Positions 35,750-48,385 of a stretch of 64,000 bases of DNA are shown piece after piece (position 1 is the first letter of the stretch; every line of letters starts with the position of its first letter). A program made the position numbers and the translations under genes. Below the pieces are notes generated by a model. It ran no database searches, was not told where the DNA came from, and saw only the letters and a program-made list of their open reading frames with translations. Location of the stretch: positions 5,952,001-6,016,000 of the forward strand of contig OX638164.1 of the NCBI GenBank assembly GCA_951804945.1. Reading direction: 5' to 3'. This DNA is from Podarcis cretensis. Lineage: Eukaryota.

Positions 35750-38309
35750 TTTTAGATTAATTTATAATCATACAGCTGGGATAGCCAAGTAATTCATTTG
35801 CTATCCTCTTGCAGCAGGCAGTGGCCCAGTTTCTGAGCCATGAATTGAGGTGGGACAGTGGATAGAGGAACTTGTCACTGAGCAAGGGAAGTCAGACCAG
35901 ATGCCCTTCCAGCCCCATTCCATTTGATGTGTATCTCCTGATGGTTACTCATGAGTGATGTACACTTTTAACTGTATTTGTGAATGACGCTGTCACCTAG
36001 GAGAAAGTATGCCACAGTTCAGATTCCTAGTTCTTCTCATAATGATGGCCTTGAGCAAGGTATTTTGTCACATCTCTGCTTGTGATCTGAAGGACATTTC
36101 AGAGGAACTTTCCAAACCATATCACAGAAGTTACTGGCCCACAAAATAATGTTAATAGAACTCACAGCTCTGGAAGGGGGGTGGGGGAGAGAAACCATCT
36201 TCCTTCTCACTTACAAAAGTTTGTTTGCTTTAATCCCTGGTGATTGTTCTGACTCACCAAATGGCTATTTATAGGCCTGATTTTTAAAATGTGTATTTTC
36301 TACCAGTCTCATTATTTCCATATTAGTGTCTGGATTGTTTTTCCATGGATAATTCTTTTTCTGCACTTTAAAAGTAAGAATTTCAGAATGCATGCATTGC
36401 TTCCACAGTCTTCTGGCTGCATATATTCATAGAATGACAAATGCAGATTCCAAGATGTCTGCAAGACTCACTGCTGTTACCCAGCCTGTGCTGTAGTTCA
36501 CATAAATCCAGCATTTTAGGGCACTGACTATTCTTTACATGTCTACTCAGAAATAAGCCCCAGTGAGTTCATTGGGTTTTTCTTCCAGGTTACGAATGTA
36601 TAGAATTGCATCCTGAGGCGCAAGCACTTTTTTCAGCCATAAGCCCAAATCCTTGAGCCTGATTTGAAAATGAAGCTGGTTCACAATGTCACATCTAGGG
36701 TGCTGTGCAGAATACATACCTAATGCATGTGTTTACAAGAACATCACAGGCTGCTCATTCGCTACTGAGCCATGTACATGATTCTGTTATTAACATCCAA
36801 AATCATGAAGAACTTCAGACCAAAACACCTAGGACACCATATTCCCCTGAACGCACCCAGTTGGTCGTTACGGTCATTGGAAGAGGTCCTACTGGCTATG
36901 TCATGGCTAGCAGATCAAGTGACAGCGTGGAAAGCAAACTTCTTGAAGTGGCACCAACCCCCCGCCATACAATTTGAAAGGCATTGACAGTGATGTGTTT
37001 TGGGCACCTACTGAAAACGTACTTGGGCATTTCCTGACCATTTTTGGATGGCACACCTCAGTTTTTGTTTTACCTTTTAGCATTTTGCTTTTGTGTCTCG
37101 ATCCTTTCCCAACATAACTCTGCTGAAGAGCATCTGGTTTGCAAAAGGTTCCAGCCCGGCATCTCCAGGTAGTCCTGAGAATGTCCCCAGTTTGAAACCC
37201 TGCAGAGCTGCTGCCAGTCAGTGTAGACAGTACTGGACTAGATGTACCAAGGGTCTGACTCCTTATAAAGCAGCTGTCTATGCTCCTGTGATTCTTATGG
37301 ATGGTACATATTTGCATTTTGTTTATATTCTAGCCTTTTCATTTTATGGTTTTTACTTTGTAAACCATTTAAGAGATTGCCTCCACCCAGGGAATATTTT
37401 GAGGAATAGCAGTCTACTGTAAAGCTATCATACTCATCTCTCCATTAGACATTTAGACATCCCTTCTCATACTTCTAGTCTGATATATGTAATGTTTGTT
37501 CATTAACTTAGGTCATCTGGGATACAGCAAGTGGTATGGATTCTGAATCTTTGTTTAATCAAATTTATGTACAAGTTTCCCCAAATCACTGGTGGTTTCT
37601 CTTGTGTCCCAAAGGTTTCATAATAATCTTAATAAGTACTAAAAGCTATTTCATTTTTTAAAAAAGAAAGTTTTATATATTAAACGCTCATTAAATTTAT
37701 TAAACAAATGCCTGTGTATTAAGACACCATAATAGCCTATATTCCCCTGTAATGTTTATATTTTAAGGAAACAAATGAAGGAACTGAAAACTCTTAACAT
37801 ACTAATTTAACCGCAGTGAGTAGTCACTGGGGATAAGTCATCTGGGAGCAATGTTAATATGCAACTTTGCAGTTGTCCAGTGCAGCTAGTATTGCATTTA
37901 TCCCTTTATGTAACAATTTGGTATTTTTGAAACAGAGGCAAGGTGGTGGTTAGGGCTGGGTGACAACTGGTTTTCAGCATTGTGATATATCACCAGCTAA
38001 ACATCGCAATATATCAATATACTATATCACAATATCTGAAATAAGGAAGGAACTATGCAGAGACGAACAGGACAATGTCCTGGCAACTGCTACTACTTAT
38101 GGGTCTAAAACTGATAAATGCTGATATTACCTCATGGTCACCTCATGGTCACTTTCAGCAGCAGGCAAGCCTGAGACTTTTGGTTTTGGGCTCGGCTACC
38201 AAATGGTGGCATTCAGGACACCCCAGAGTACAGTGACGAGTCATAGAGAATGCAAATAATCTGAGACTGCCAGCAGGCCTACTAGGCAGCAGAAGCCTCA
38301 CCATGACAC

Positions 38310-38472
38310 AGCCTGCGAGGCCTTGGTGTGGTGGCAGTAGTGGTGGCCTGCAAGGCCTCGTGGCAGTGGCAAAAGTGGTGACAGCCTGCGAGGCCTTGTT
38401 GTGGTGGCAGCAGTGGTGGCCTGTAAGGCTTTGTGGCAGTGGCAAAAGTGGTGGTGGCCTTGCGGTGGTAGC
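38310..38472. repeat. GTGGC-rich minisatellite (about 73-bp dimeric unit)
   Basis: GCCTGCGAGGCCTTG.TGTGGTGGCAG.AGTGGTG and GCCTG.AAGGC...GTGGCAGTGGCAAAAGTGGTG units alternate. Confidence 0.75.
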
Positions 38473-38496
38473 AGACTCTGAAAAAACATAATAGTA

Positions 38497-38807
38497 CAGT
38501 GGTGCCTCGCAAGACGAAATTAATCCGTTCCGTGAGGCTCTTCGTATAGCGTTTTTTTTTGTCTAGCGAAGCAAGCCCATTGACAGCTTAGTGGATTAGC
38601 GCTATTAGCGGCTTTTAGCGGATCAGCTGATAAGCGGCTTAGCGGCTTAGGAAAAGGGGGGGAAACCCACAGGAACTCGCAAGACATTTCGTCTTGCGAA
38701 GCAAGCCCATGGGGAAATTCGTTTTGCGAAGCGCCTCCAAAACGGAAAACCCTTTCATCTAGCGGGTTTTCCGTCTTGCGAGGCGTTCGTCTTGCGGGGC
38801 ACCACTG
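38497..38807 (-). mobile_element. MITE family A, copy 4
   Basis: Same TIRs and TA TSD. Confidence 0.9.
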
Positions 38808-38944
38808 TATAGATTGCACTCTTAGATCACTGTGTTTGATTCCACTTCTTACTGAGCTAAGGCTGTGTACACACAGTACATTTAAAGCACATTACCACTC
38901 CCAAATAATCCTGAGAACTGCAGTTTGTGAAGGGTTTTGTAGCT

Positions 38945-39306
38945 TGCGGGTGGCGCTGTGGTTTAAACCACTGAGCCTAGGGCTTGCCTGCCGGAAGGTC
39001 AGTGGTTCGAATCCCCGTGATGGGGTGAGCTCCCGTTGCTCGGTCCCAGCTCCTGCCAACCTAGCAGTTCGAAAGTACGTCAAAGTGCAAGTAGATAAAT
39101 AGGTACCGCGCCGGTGGGAAGGTAAACGGCGTTTCCGTGCGCTGCTCTGGTTCGCCAGAAGCGGCTTAGTCATGCTGGCCACATGACCCAGAATCTGTCT
39201 GTGGACAAACACCGGCTCCCTCAGCCTATAGAGCCAGATGAGCACGCAACCCCAGAATCGTCCATGACTGGACCTAATGATCAGGGGTACCTTTACCTTT
39301 ACCTTT
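38945..39306 (+). mobile_element. Sauria SINE
   Basis: GCGGGTGGCGCTGTGGTTTAAA head, (ACCTTT)3 tail. Confidence 0.88.
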
Positions 39307-40029
39307 AAGGGGTAAACCACAATTTCCAGTATTCTTATTTGTGGGGAGTCATGTGCTCTACATGCATGGCGTATTTGCAGGCTGCATCGTCAGTTGAAAC
39401 ACACTTGTTGCCTATTGTATTTACAGGTGAGGAGGCTAAATGAGGAGGCTGCCTCCAAATTGAGTCCCTACAGGAGCTTTTTCTTCAAAATTTAAAGTGG
39501 CTAGTCTAAGGACTTTTTTATTTTTATTTAAAAAAATGAATAGCTTTATGTGTTACTTGGCCCATAGCATAGGTTTTAGTTCCCCGTGTGTTGTTGGCCT
39601 TTCTGAGCTTTGCTGAAACTTACTGAGTAAGCTCTCTTGGTGTGCTGGCTGGATTGCATCTTTAATGTGCTGCAGTGCAAACTATTTACAAGGCCTTGTA
39701 TTTCTTTCCATAATACAAACAGCAACAGGTAGGAGAGCAGGGGCAATAATGCAGAGCCCTCCTGATGGTTTGAGCTCCAACTCCCATTATCCCTGACCAA
39801 AGGCCACACTGGCTGGAGCTGATGAAAGCTGTAGTTCGGAAGATCTGGAAGGCAGCAGGTTGGGGGAAATGATTTAGAAAATCATACCACAATATGTGGT
39901 TTGGTGCAGGATTGATTTGATTTATATCAAATTGATTTAAATCACGGTTTAAATCATAATTTAAATCTTGACTTTTTTCACACACTAATACCACATCCTG
40001 AAGAATTGTATCAATCACATTTTATCTGT

Positions 40030-40387
40030 GCAATTGGAATGAATTTCAGGAAGCAGAATGCTTTTTCTATGCAGCCTGAGCAGGAGCAGGGAAGAATGTT
40101 ACAGTTTTTTGTAGCTTGTCTTCACTTACCCTGCCACCTTACTTACAGTTGTGAAGAAAAAGAGGTAGGATAAAATATAAGGGACAGTCCACATATTGGC
40201 CTATTCCTATCCCTTTTCCTTAATGGTGACACAGACCATTAATAACTTAAGAATATTCTTCACAACTATGAGCAGGGTGGTGGGGTAAATGAAGACAAGC
40301 TACAACAATTAACTATAACATTGTTCACTGCTTCTGCTCAGGTTGCACAGAAAAAACATTTTACTTCCTGAAGTCCATTTCAGTTGC
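40030..40387. repeat. Long imperfect inverted repeat (about 130-bp arms, about 97-bp spacer)
   Basis: 40030-40158 pairs with 40256-40387, e.g. TGTAGCTTGTCTTCA / TGAAGACAAGCTACA. Confidence 0.85.
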
Positions 40388-41289
40388 CCTTAATTTCAAG
40401 GAGTTGGCTCTGAGTAGGGCTAGCCTTGGATACATGTCCAAGCACAATTAGATGGCTTGAAAATAGTTCGTTGTTTTGGTTATGCTTCTTCCATGTTCTT
40501 CATATGTTTTGGATTTGCCTGGTGCCCACATGGGGGAAGTAAATAGCCACGTATCTTATTGTCGTGTGAAAATTAGTGGAATTACCTGTTTTTCCAAAAT
40601 TGCAGCAGGTAATTTAAATTTCTGGGAACCAATACCATGTGATAGCTAAGAGTTCTGCAGCACTATAAACATTTTATTTTGGCATATCTTTTAGTCGACT
40701 GTTTAGCAGATGCATGGATTGTTACCTGCATTTGGCATGTACACAGGTGTCAAGGGGAAATTTGGAAAACAGTGGCATCAAGAGGCCATAGAATGTGGGG
40801 GTATGATTTACCGAAAGTACGCAAAATAAAGGGCATCACTTCAGCCTACACCCCCGCAACAGCATTTATTTTCCCCTGCAACCATTTCTTTCATTGACAT
40901 CAGTCCCAATTCTTCAGATTCATGACCAGTTTATGTAGCTGTAGAGAAGGGATGTGGAAGCTGTGGCCCTCGAGATGTTCTTGGGATTATGTCTGCGATC
41001 ATCCTTCACTATTGGCCGTGTTGGCTGAGGCTGTTGGGACTCTGACAACATCTGGAGGGCCACATATATGCCTCCAGGGCAGCCTTTCTCAACCTGTGGG
41101 TCCCCAGATGTTGTTGAACTACAACTCCCATCACCCCTAGCTAGCAAGGCCAGAGCTCTAGGGGAAGCCCACAAGCAGACCCTGAGTGTAACAGCCCCCT
41201 CTCCCCTCCTGCGGTTTCCAGCAGCTGGCATTCAGAAGCACCCTTGCTTCCAACAGGAACATAGTCATGGGGGTTAGTAATCACAGGTA

Positions 41290-41615
41290 CAGTGGTGCCC
41301 CGCAAGACGAATGCCTCGCAAGATGGAAAACCCGCTAGACGAAAGGGTTTTCCGTTTTGGAGGCGCTTCGCAAAACGAATTTCCCTATGGGCTTGCTTCG
41401 CAAGACGAAAATGTCTTGCGAGTTCCTGCGGGGTTTTTCCCCTCCCCCCCTTTTCCTAAGCCCTAAGCCGCTTATCAGCTGATCCGCTAAAAGCCACTAA
41501 ACCGCTAATAGCGCTAATCCGCTAAGCTGTCAGTGGGCTTGCTTCGCAAGACGAAAAAACCGCTATACGAAGAGCCTCACGGAATGGATTAATTTCGTCT
41601 TGCGAGGCACCACTG
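41290..41615 (+). mobile_element. MITE family A, copy 5
   Basis: Same TIRs and TA TSD; inserted among CR1-like fragments. Confidence 0.9.
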
Positions 41616-42359
41616 TAGCTTTATTCTCCATGGTTGGCATCTGGGTGGCCACTGTGAGACCAGGATGCTGGACCAGATGGGCTACTGGCCTGATCCAGCA
41701 GGCTGTTCCTTATGTTCTTATCCACAAGCAGCTGCCTGACCTTTCTTGGAAATTGGTTATTCAGTGAGGTGGACTTTCATTCTGACCCAATTCTTAGCGA
41801 TGCATATTTGGACTGGCCATTTCACTGAGCCTCTTCCTCAGGCAGCTAAATGGATTTCCTTTTATACATGTTATCTTTGTTTCTCCAGCAAGAGACAGAG
41901 GGAAAAAAATATTTTCAAAATATGACTAGGACATTGCAAAGGAATTATATGGTAGGTTTTTTTAAAAAAAAAATCTGGCAGGATTACAGTGCTGCATACA
42001 AATTATCTGAAAAGGCAACACTATATTAGGGAAGGAGAAGCAAAAACAATCCGAGAGAGGATTTCATATCATTCTTTTTCTCTGGGATAACAAGATGGAG
42101 TTACAATTTAAGGTCTTTAATCCTGTAGTGAAGTCAGTAAGACCTTTTTTACTGAGAATTTCATTTGGAACAAGGAGCTCCAGTGAAACACTAATATTGC
42201 ACACTGAAGGAATTTTTCTTTAGTAGTTTTGTTTCTTCCTCTTTCTCCTAAGAGCATCCACTTTGTATGCATCTCATACACCTGGTGGGTGGGTGTCCAG
42301 GTGGTCTCCTGAATAGATGCTGGCCAGACTCCCTACATATTCATGTCCCACTTGCCTAT

Positions 42360-42751
42360 TAGGCCTGGGCGAAATATTGATATATTGCCCAGGACTGGTA
42401 TGAGGAGCAGACCGCGATGTTTGCTTCAGTCAGTTGTATATTGCTGGTGAAACCGCCACTGCTCCTGAGTCCCTCTGCTAGCAGCATCTTCTGTAGGGAG
42501 ACAGTAGTTCCTCCTTAGTTGGGGAGGGGGAACCTTCCCTATCCTCAGCTAAGCTGTTCAAACAAGCTGCATTGTCCCAGTCTGTGAGTACCTGGGTGAA
42601 ACCACCTCAGCTCCTGCTGTGTGAGCTGGGGCAGTTTCACCCGGTGCCCAGCATGCAGAGGCCAATGCAGTTTCTTTTCTCAACATTGCGGTATATCGCC
42701 AAACCGTGGTGATACACCGCGATGTTGAAAAGCTGATATTGCCCAGCCCTG
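42360..42751. mobile_element. Non-autonomous hAT element (TAGGGCTGGGC-type TIR)
   Basis: TAGGCCTGGGCGAAAT...ATATTGCCCAGCCCTG; degenerate 8-bp TSD TTGCCTAT/CTGCCAAT. Confidence 0.7.
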
Positions 42752-43769
42752 CTGCCAATAGCGTGCCAACCATGTATTTCGCAGCTGAGTGTAAGTAAAT
42801 AAATCATCCCATGTTCTCCTATCTATGCAAGGCTTCTGGGCTAGGTCACTGATCCAACATTGGCATTAGAAACGGGAAATGAAGACCTTTGCATACCATT
42901 AGGAGGAGTCGCCAAAGACACACCATTAAAAAGCAGCAGCATTTCTTCTAAAAATAAGATTGGGGTAATGGGCTTAGGAGGGGACCTGTTGCATCCCTAC
43001 AAATCCATTGCAAATCACTACTAAATCAGAACTGATTTTGTAAGCTGCTCTGAAAAGCCTTTTAGCTACTGGGCATGGTATAAATGCAGCTACATCATGA
43101 CTCTTTAGTAGAGGGTCATTAGTCCGTCCAAGTTTTGCTTGTCTGCTGAAGGAGTGAAGATTCCTCCTGCCACTGGATCCTTCCCCTCCCCCAAGAACTT
43201 TTGAGTTCACTTTCCGCATGTATGTCCCCTTGCCCTGTTCACATTCTGCCTGTGGTGTAGTGGTTAAGAGGGTTGGACTACTAGGATCTAGGGAAACCAG
43301 ATTTCAAATCCCCACTGGGTCTTGAGCCTCTTGCTGGGTTACCTTGGGGGCCATTCTCAGTCTCCTGGCCTACACTACCTCATGGGGTTGTTGTGAGGAT
43401 AGAGCAGGGAAAAGGGAAAACCATCAATCTACGCCATCTCAAGCTCCTTGGAAGAGAGGTCGGATGTAAATGTAATAATAATAGTAATATTTTAAATAGC
43501 CTTCAATTTACCCATATGGTATGTGCTCCTTCAAGTGGTGGGAAGTTCCAGGGGCTGCATGGCCTAGGTTTGGTTTCTTTTGGAGGTGAGGACAGGGCAC
43601 CAAAGGCTTAATGGCACTGGGAGGGGGAAAATTATGTGGTTTATTTACAAAAGGCAGGTAGCATATGCTCTCCTCCTGGGCATCCCAGGGAAATCTGCGC
43701 ATCCCAGGGAAATCTCTTTTCTAAGGAACCATCTTCTAACAATTAGCTCCCAGACAGATTAAAAAACAC

Positions 43770-43895
43770 AGAAGTAGCCATGTTACGTCTGTTGCAGCAA
43801 AAACAGCAAAGAACCTTTTGGCACCTTAAAGATTTACCAGATTTTGGTATAATATTTTGTGGGTCAGAGTCCACCTCACAATATGCATGAAGAAT
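43770..43895 (-). mobile_element. Penelope-like element terminal fragment (second copy at about 24500-24660)
   Basis: GTAGCCATGTTA.GTCTG...GGCACCTTAAAGA...ATGCATGAAG resembles reptile Penelope termini. Confidence 0.55.
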
Positions 43896-46202
43896 AATCC
43901 CCAAGTACAGGTGTGGTGGAGGACTATAAAGTAGTGAGATCAGAGGGAAATGCAAAGCAAATTGTGCAGATAGTGACAACTCAGTTAGTGCCACTGTGCA
44001 TGCAAAGTAAGCACAGTCACCCTATATTACTGCAGTGATAGGTGATAAAACTGTCAACTTGGCAGTGCTGAGTTGGTTAACACCTACAGAACCATAAAGA
44101 GACTATAAAGAACCATAAAGGCAGAAGATTTCTAATTGTGGCCTGCAAGCTCCATGCAGCTCTGCAGAACGATTGTGAGACATTCAGGAATATCTGGAAC
44201 TGTATACCGATTTATGGTTTTTTCCTGATGACTGAGATGGAGGCTGTTTTGAACAGGGTTGGAGTTACCAAACCAGCTAATAAGACTGATTAAGGGACCA
44301 ACCATATTTACTCAGAGTAGACCCAATTAAATTAAATTAGTCATATTTAGTTGTGCCCTTTAGTGTCACCAAGTCTACTCTGAATAGAACCTATTGATTT
44401 TCATGATATAGACCGATGCAGACTGCTAATCTGTCCCTTAAAAGCTACCAATTAAAGGGACAGCAGTCTGGGCTAGTCCTGGGTCTGTGATTTTCACAAT
44501 AGGGGGCTGCTTTTTGTGATAATCTTGGAATGGAAGATAAAAGTTCAATAAGTTGTTTACAAAACTGTGAAGTTTGAGAATAGCTGCTTAAAGGCAAGCC
44601 CACAGTGATATTCCAATACATAGTGATAATCTCACCCAGAATAATTGAGTAGAACTTTTGTGTTAAAGCAGAATGGGATGTGGAACAAGGGCATGGCTCC
44701 CTGAGAATAAGAAACTATATTGGACTTCTTTAATGAAAACAACAACTCAAGAGTTCTTCTGAACCTTTACCTTTAGATTCTGTCCACACTGGCCAAAAAT
44801 GGGGAAAGATTGATACCCACTTTTAGATTCCCCAATATGGGAGTTCACGAGGTTTTCTGTTTTATACAGAGTGGTTTGGAACCCAAAGCGCAAAGATCAA
44901 AGCGGGTAGAGAGCATAGAGTGACTCAGAAACAGAATGGAGTTTTTAAAAACATGCACATAGCAGGTGAACATGTATACTGACTGGAATTGCTCCTGGAA
45001 CCATCACAAAGTAGACTGTGAGCTGCTCAAATCTTGTCTACACCACGAACTACCGGGCAGATTTTTGGCAAGGTGACATATCTTGACCTTGGCACCCATC
45101 TAAAGGCACATGATAGGGCAGGTTTCTTCTTTCTGGGTACACTTGCCTAGATGGGAAGAAGAGTTGTAATGTTAAGCTAGCATTGCTGTACTGAATGCTA
45201 GAATCTCAACACGAAATTGCAAACAAAAGCCTAAAAAAACCATGGAGCAAGAGCTGAAACAAATTCAGTAAATAAATCTGCAGTAGGGAGATGACTGCAC
45301 TATTCTGCCTTGCAGCACACTTGTCAGGATTGCTGAGAAATGAAGCATTTTTCAAATGCGCTGTAAAAATGTTGAACATTACTATTTGCAAGCCTGAACC
45401 AGGATTCGACAGTGCAACAGTCATTGTACACTTGTTAGTTTAGCGAAGTCATGAATGATTATGGTCCAGATATTGTATTTGACTTTTTTCATCTTGGGGG
45501 CGAAAAAAATTCTCAAAGGCCTGACCTACTTCCACAGGATTTATATATTTTAAAAGGCTAATTATCTAGCTATGGGCTGGCCTGGATTTTGGCAGGCAGC
45601 TGGAAATGAAAGTGAGCCTACATTGTTGCTGCTATGTGGAACACTAAAATGGGTCTAAGTTAATGGACAATTACAGTGTTGTGGTGTTAGAATGTCTAAA
45701 TGGGGACCATGGGGACCCATTTTCAAATCTGGTATGAAGCTCTCACTGTGTGACTTTAGCCCAGTCCTAGCTTAATCTTCCTCACAGGGTTGTTGTGAGG
45801 ATAACAACTGGGGAGAGGGAGAAAGTTTCAATCAGTATTGTTCTTCCCCCTCCCAAAAAATCTGGAGTTTAGAAGTTAGGAGTCAATTCTGGTGAATCGG
45901 ACCAAAGGTCTGTCTATCCATGCCTCTCCCAAGCTGGTATCCTTCAGATGTTTTTACTTCCCCTGCCAGCAGGACCAATGAACAAGTTTGACTCCAAAAT
46001 ATGGAGGGGGGCACCTGGTTGGGGAGGACTGATCAAGGCCAGTGCTCCATCTCCAGTAATGGAGCCACCAGCATACATTTTAAAAGGTAAAGCAATGATA
46101 AATACAGATAACATCATTAGAAAAGTCATAATATGGGCAACTCCACACTTACACTTGCTCATCTTGTGCACGATGTGTACACACAGCGCCAGGAAATAAT
46201 TA

Positions 46203-46462
46203 CCATATGTTTCGCTCTATAAGACACACCAGACCACAAGATGCACCTAGTTTTGGGAGGAGGAAAACAAGAAAAAAAATATTCTGAATCTCAGAAGCCA
46301 GAACAGCAAGAGGGATTGCTGTGCAGTGAAAGCAGCGATCCCTCTTGATGTTCTGGCTTCTGGGATAGCTGCGCAGCCTGCATTCACTCCATAAGACGCA
46401 CACACATTTCCCCTTACTTTTTAGGAGGGGAAAAAGTGAGTCTTATAGAGCAAAAAATACGG
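46203..46462 (+). mobile_element. Mariner-type MITE (CCGTATTT-related)
   Basis: CCATATGTTTCGCTCTATAAGAC...GTCTTATAGAGCAAAAAATACGG, TA TSD. Confidence 0.8.
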
Positions 46463-47092
46463 TAATTCAATTCATATCCAGAAATGGCGGGAGAGAGCTG
46501 GAAAGTCCTTGTGGCTCACAAGGAGACCCTCCGTGGATCCCGAAGAAGTTCTGAAGAGGGTGGAGGTGCGGTGGGGCTTTGTTTGGGATGCTCAGCCTCC
46601 CTGCTTAACAGCTGGTGTGTGGGATAGTGCAACAGCAGCTGCTTTCCCATGTGTCCTCTAGCCTCCTGCCAGCCCCAGAGCTTCCATTCTAGTTGTGGAT
46701 ATTTTGGGATACAGTATGGATTGAAGAAAGAGGGGCAGAAAGGGTGTCTAGAGGGTGCTTCCCAATTTACACGATTTCACTTGGTGTGTGCGGTCCTCTG
46801 GAATGTAACCCCCATGTAAGTGGGGGGTCACCTGTATCCTATTTAAAACAATACACAAAACTGTGCATCTAAAAGTTGCAGACCTTTGCCTACCACTGAA
46901 AAGTTAGTGCCAAGCCTCCCTGGAGGAGGGTGTTCTAGAGTTAGGGCAGGGGGCACAAGGATAAGGACCCCTGTTGCCGGTCCTTATCTAATTCAGCATT
47001 GAATGGCAAAGATAAGGAGGGAGAACGAGAACAGCTCCCTGAAGAAGATCTCAGCATCCAGGCAGGTTTATTCAGGAAAAGGTGGTAACTTA

Positions 47093-47134
47093 GTCTACGG
47101 CCATACTACCCTGAGCACGCCCGATCTCGTCGGA
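47093..47134 (+). pseudogene. 5' fragment of 5S rRNA (tailless retrocopy)
   Basis: GTCTACGGCCATACTACCCTGAGCACGCCCGATCTCGTCGGA matches vertebrate 5S rRNA nt 1-42 with about 4 mismatches and starts exactly at +1. Confidence 0.85.
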
Positions 47135-48015
47135 CTTAAGAGAACATCTGTGTGTCCCAGAACAAATTCATATTTAAGAAGTTCAGAGGTGATGGGAAAG
47201 CTTATCTTTTCAGAGACATTTGTTTGCCACTTTCATATTTGAGGAGGCCCAAAATTACTTCCTAAGGAACCTGAGGATTCCCCAGAACACAACTGGAACG
47301 GAGCTTTTCAAAGAAAACAGATCATTCAATTACATCTTTGCATTAACTTTCAAATATCCTCCTCCCCACCACCACATCAAATCACTCGATTTTTCACACC
47401 ATTTGGGTATATATCGTTGAAATCCTGCCACAGATACATTCCGTTTAAACATGTTTGTTGGTATTTAAGGAAAGAGATTAGCAGTGATATGCCAAGCTGT
47501 CAGAATTTCTGATAAGGTTAATAAAGACCAAGGCAGCCTTCCAAAACAGCTTAATCCTTGTGGGTGAAACTGGCAAATTATGAGTCGAGAAGCCTTTCTG
47601 CTTCCTCTTTGGGGGGAAAAAGAAGAGTCTTTAGACCTAGTAAACAAGCAACCCGGAGTTTTGTACTGTGTTACAGCTTATACGTATATATCATAGTTGC
47701 TGTCAGGTATCTAGTGTATTAAAGCCATTGCGATTGCTCAATGTGTTTCATCAAGTTCACTCATATTATTTGGTGTGATACATTCAGTTAGTCCAAAGAA
47801 GCTAGGGGATCAGGAATATAGATGTGGACTCACAGGCTCCATCTCATGCAAAAGTTCCCTCCCCCCATAGTTTGTATTAACCCTAGTGTAGAATCATTCA
47901 TATATTGGTGATAACCTTTTTAACCCTATGTGAGACCATGCTTTGAGGTAGCTTTGCAAGCCATAGTTAGGAGGCAATTCTGGGTAGCATTAGTGCCAGC
48001 ATGCCCACAACACTA

Positions 48016-48385
48016 AAGTAAAGGTAAAGGTACCCCTGCCCGTACGGGCCAGTCTTGACAGACTCTGGGGTTGTGCGCCCATCTCACTTAAGAGGCCAGG
48101 GGCCAGCGCTGTCCGGAGACACTTCCGGGTCACGTGGCCAGCGTGACATCGCTGCTCTGGCCAGAGCCAGAGCCAGAGCCACACACGGAAACGCCGTTTA
48201 CCTTCCCGCTGGTAAGCGGTCCCTATTTATCTACTTGCACCCGGAGGTGCTTTCGAACTGCTAGGTTGGCAGGCGCTGGGACCGAGCAGCGGGAGCGCAC
48301 CCCGCCGCAGGGATTCGAACCGCCGACCTTTCGATCGGCAAGCCCTAGGCGCTGAGGCTTTAACCCACAGCGCCACCTGCGTCCC
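48016..48385 (-). mobile_element. Sauria SINE, young full-length copy
   Basis: Near-identical to the 27163 copy; perfect 14-bp TSD TGCCCACAACACTA (48002-48015, 48386-48399). Confidence 0.92.

Noticed and set aside
38310-38472. CRISPR-like or coding repeat array
   Set aside because: Vertebrate intron, no unique spacers and no cas genes; an ordinary minisatellite.
47093-47134. Functional 5S rRNA gene
   Set aside because: Only 42 nt; it lacks the internal control region and terminator.
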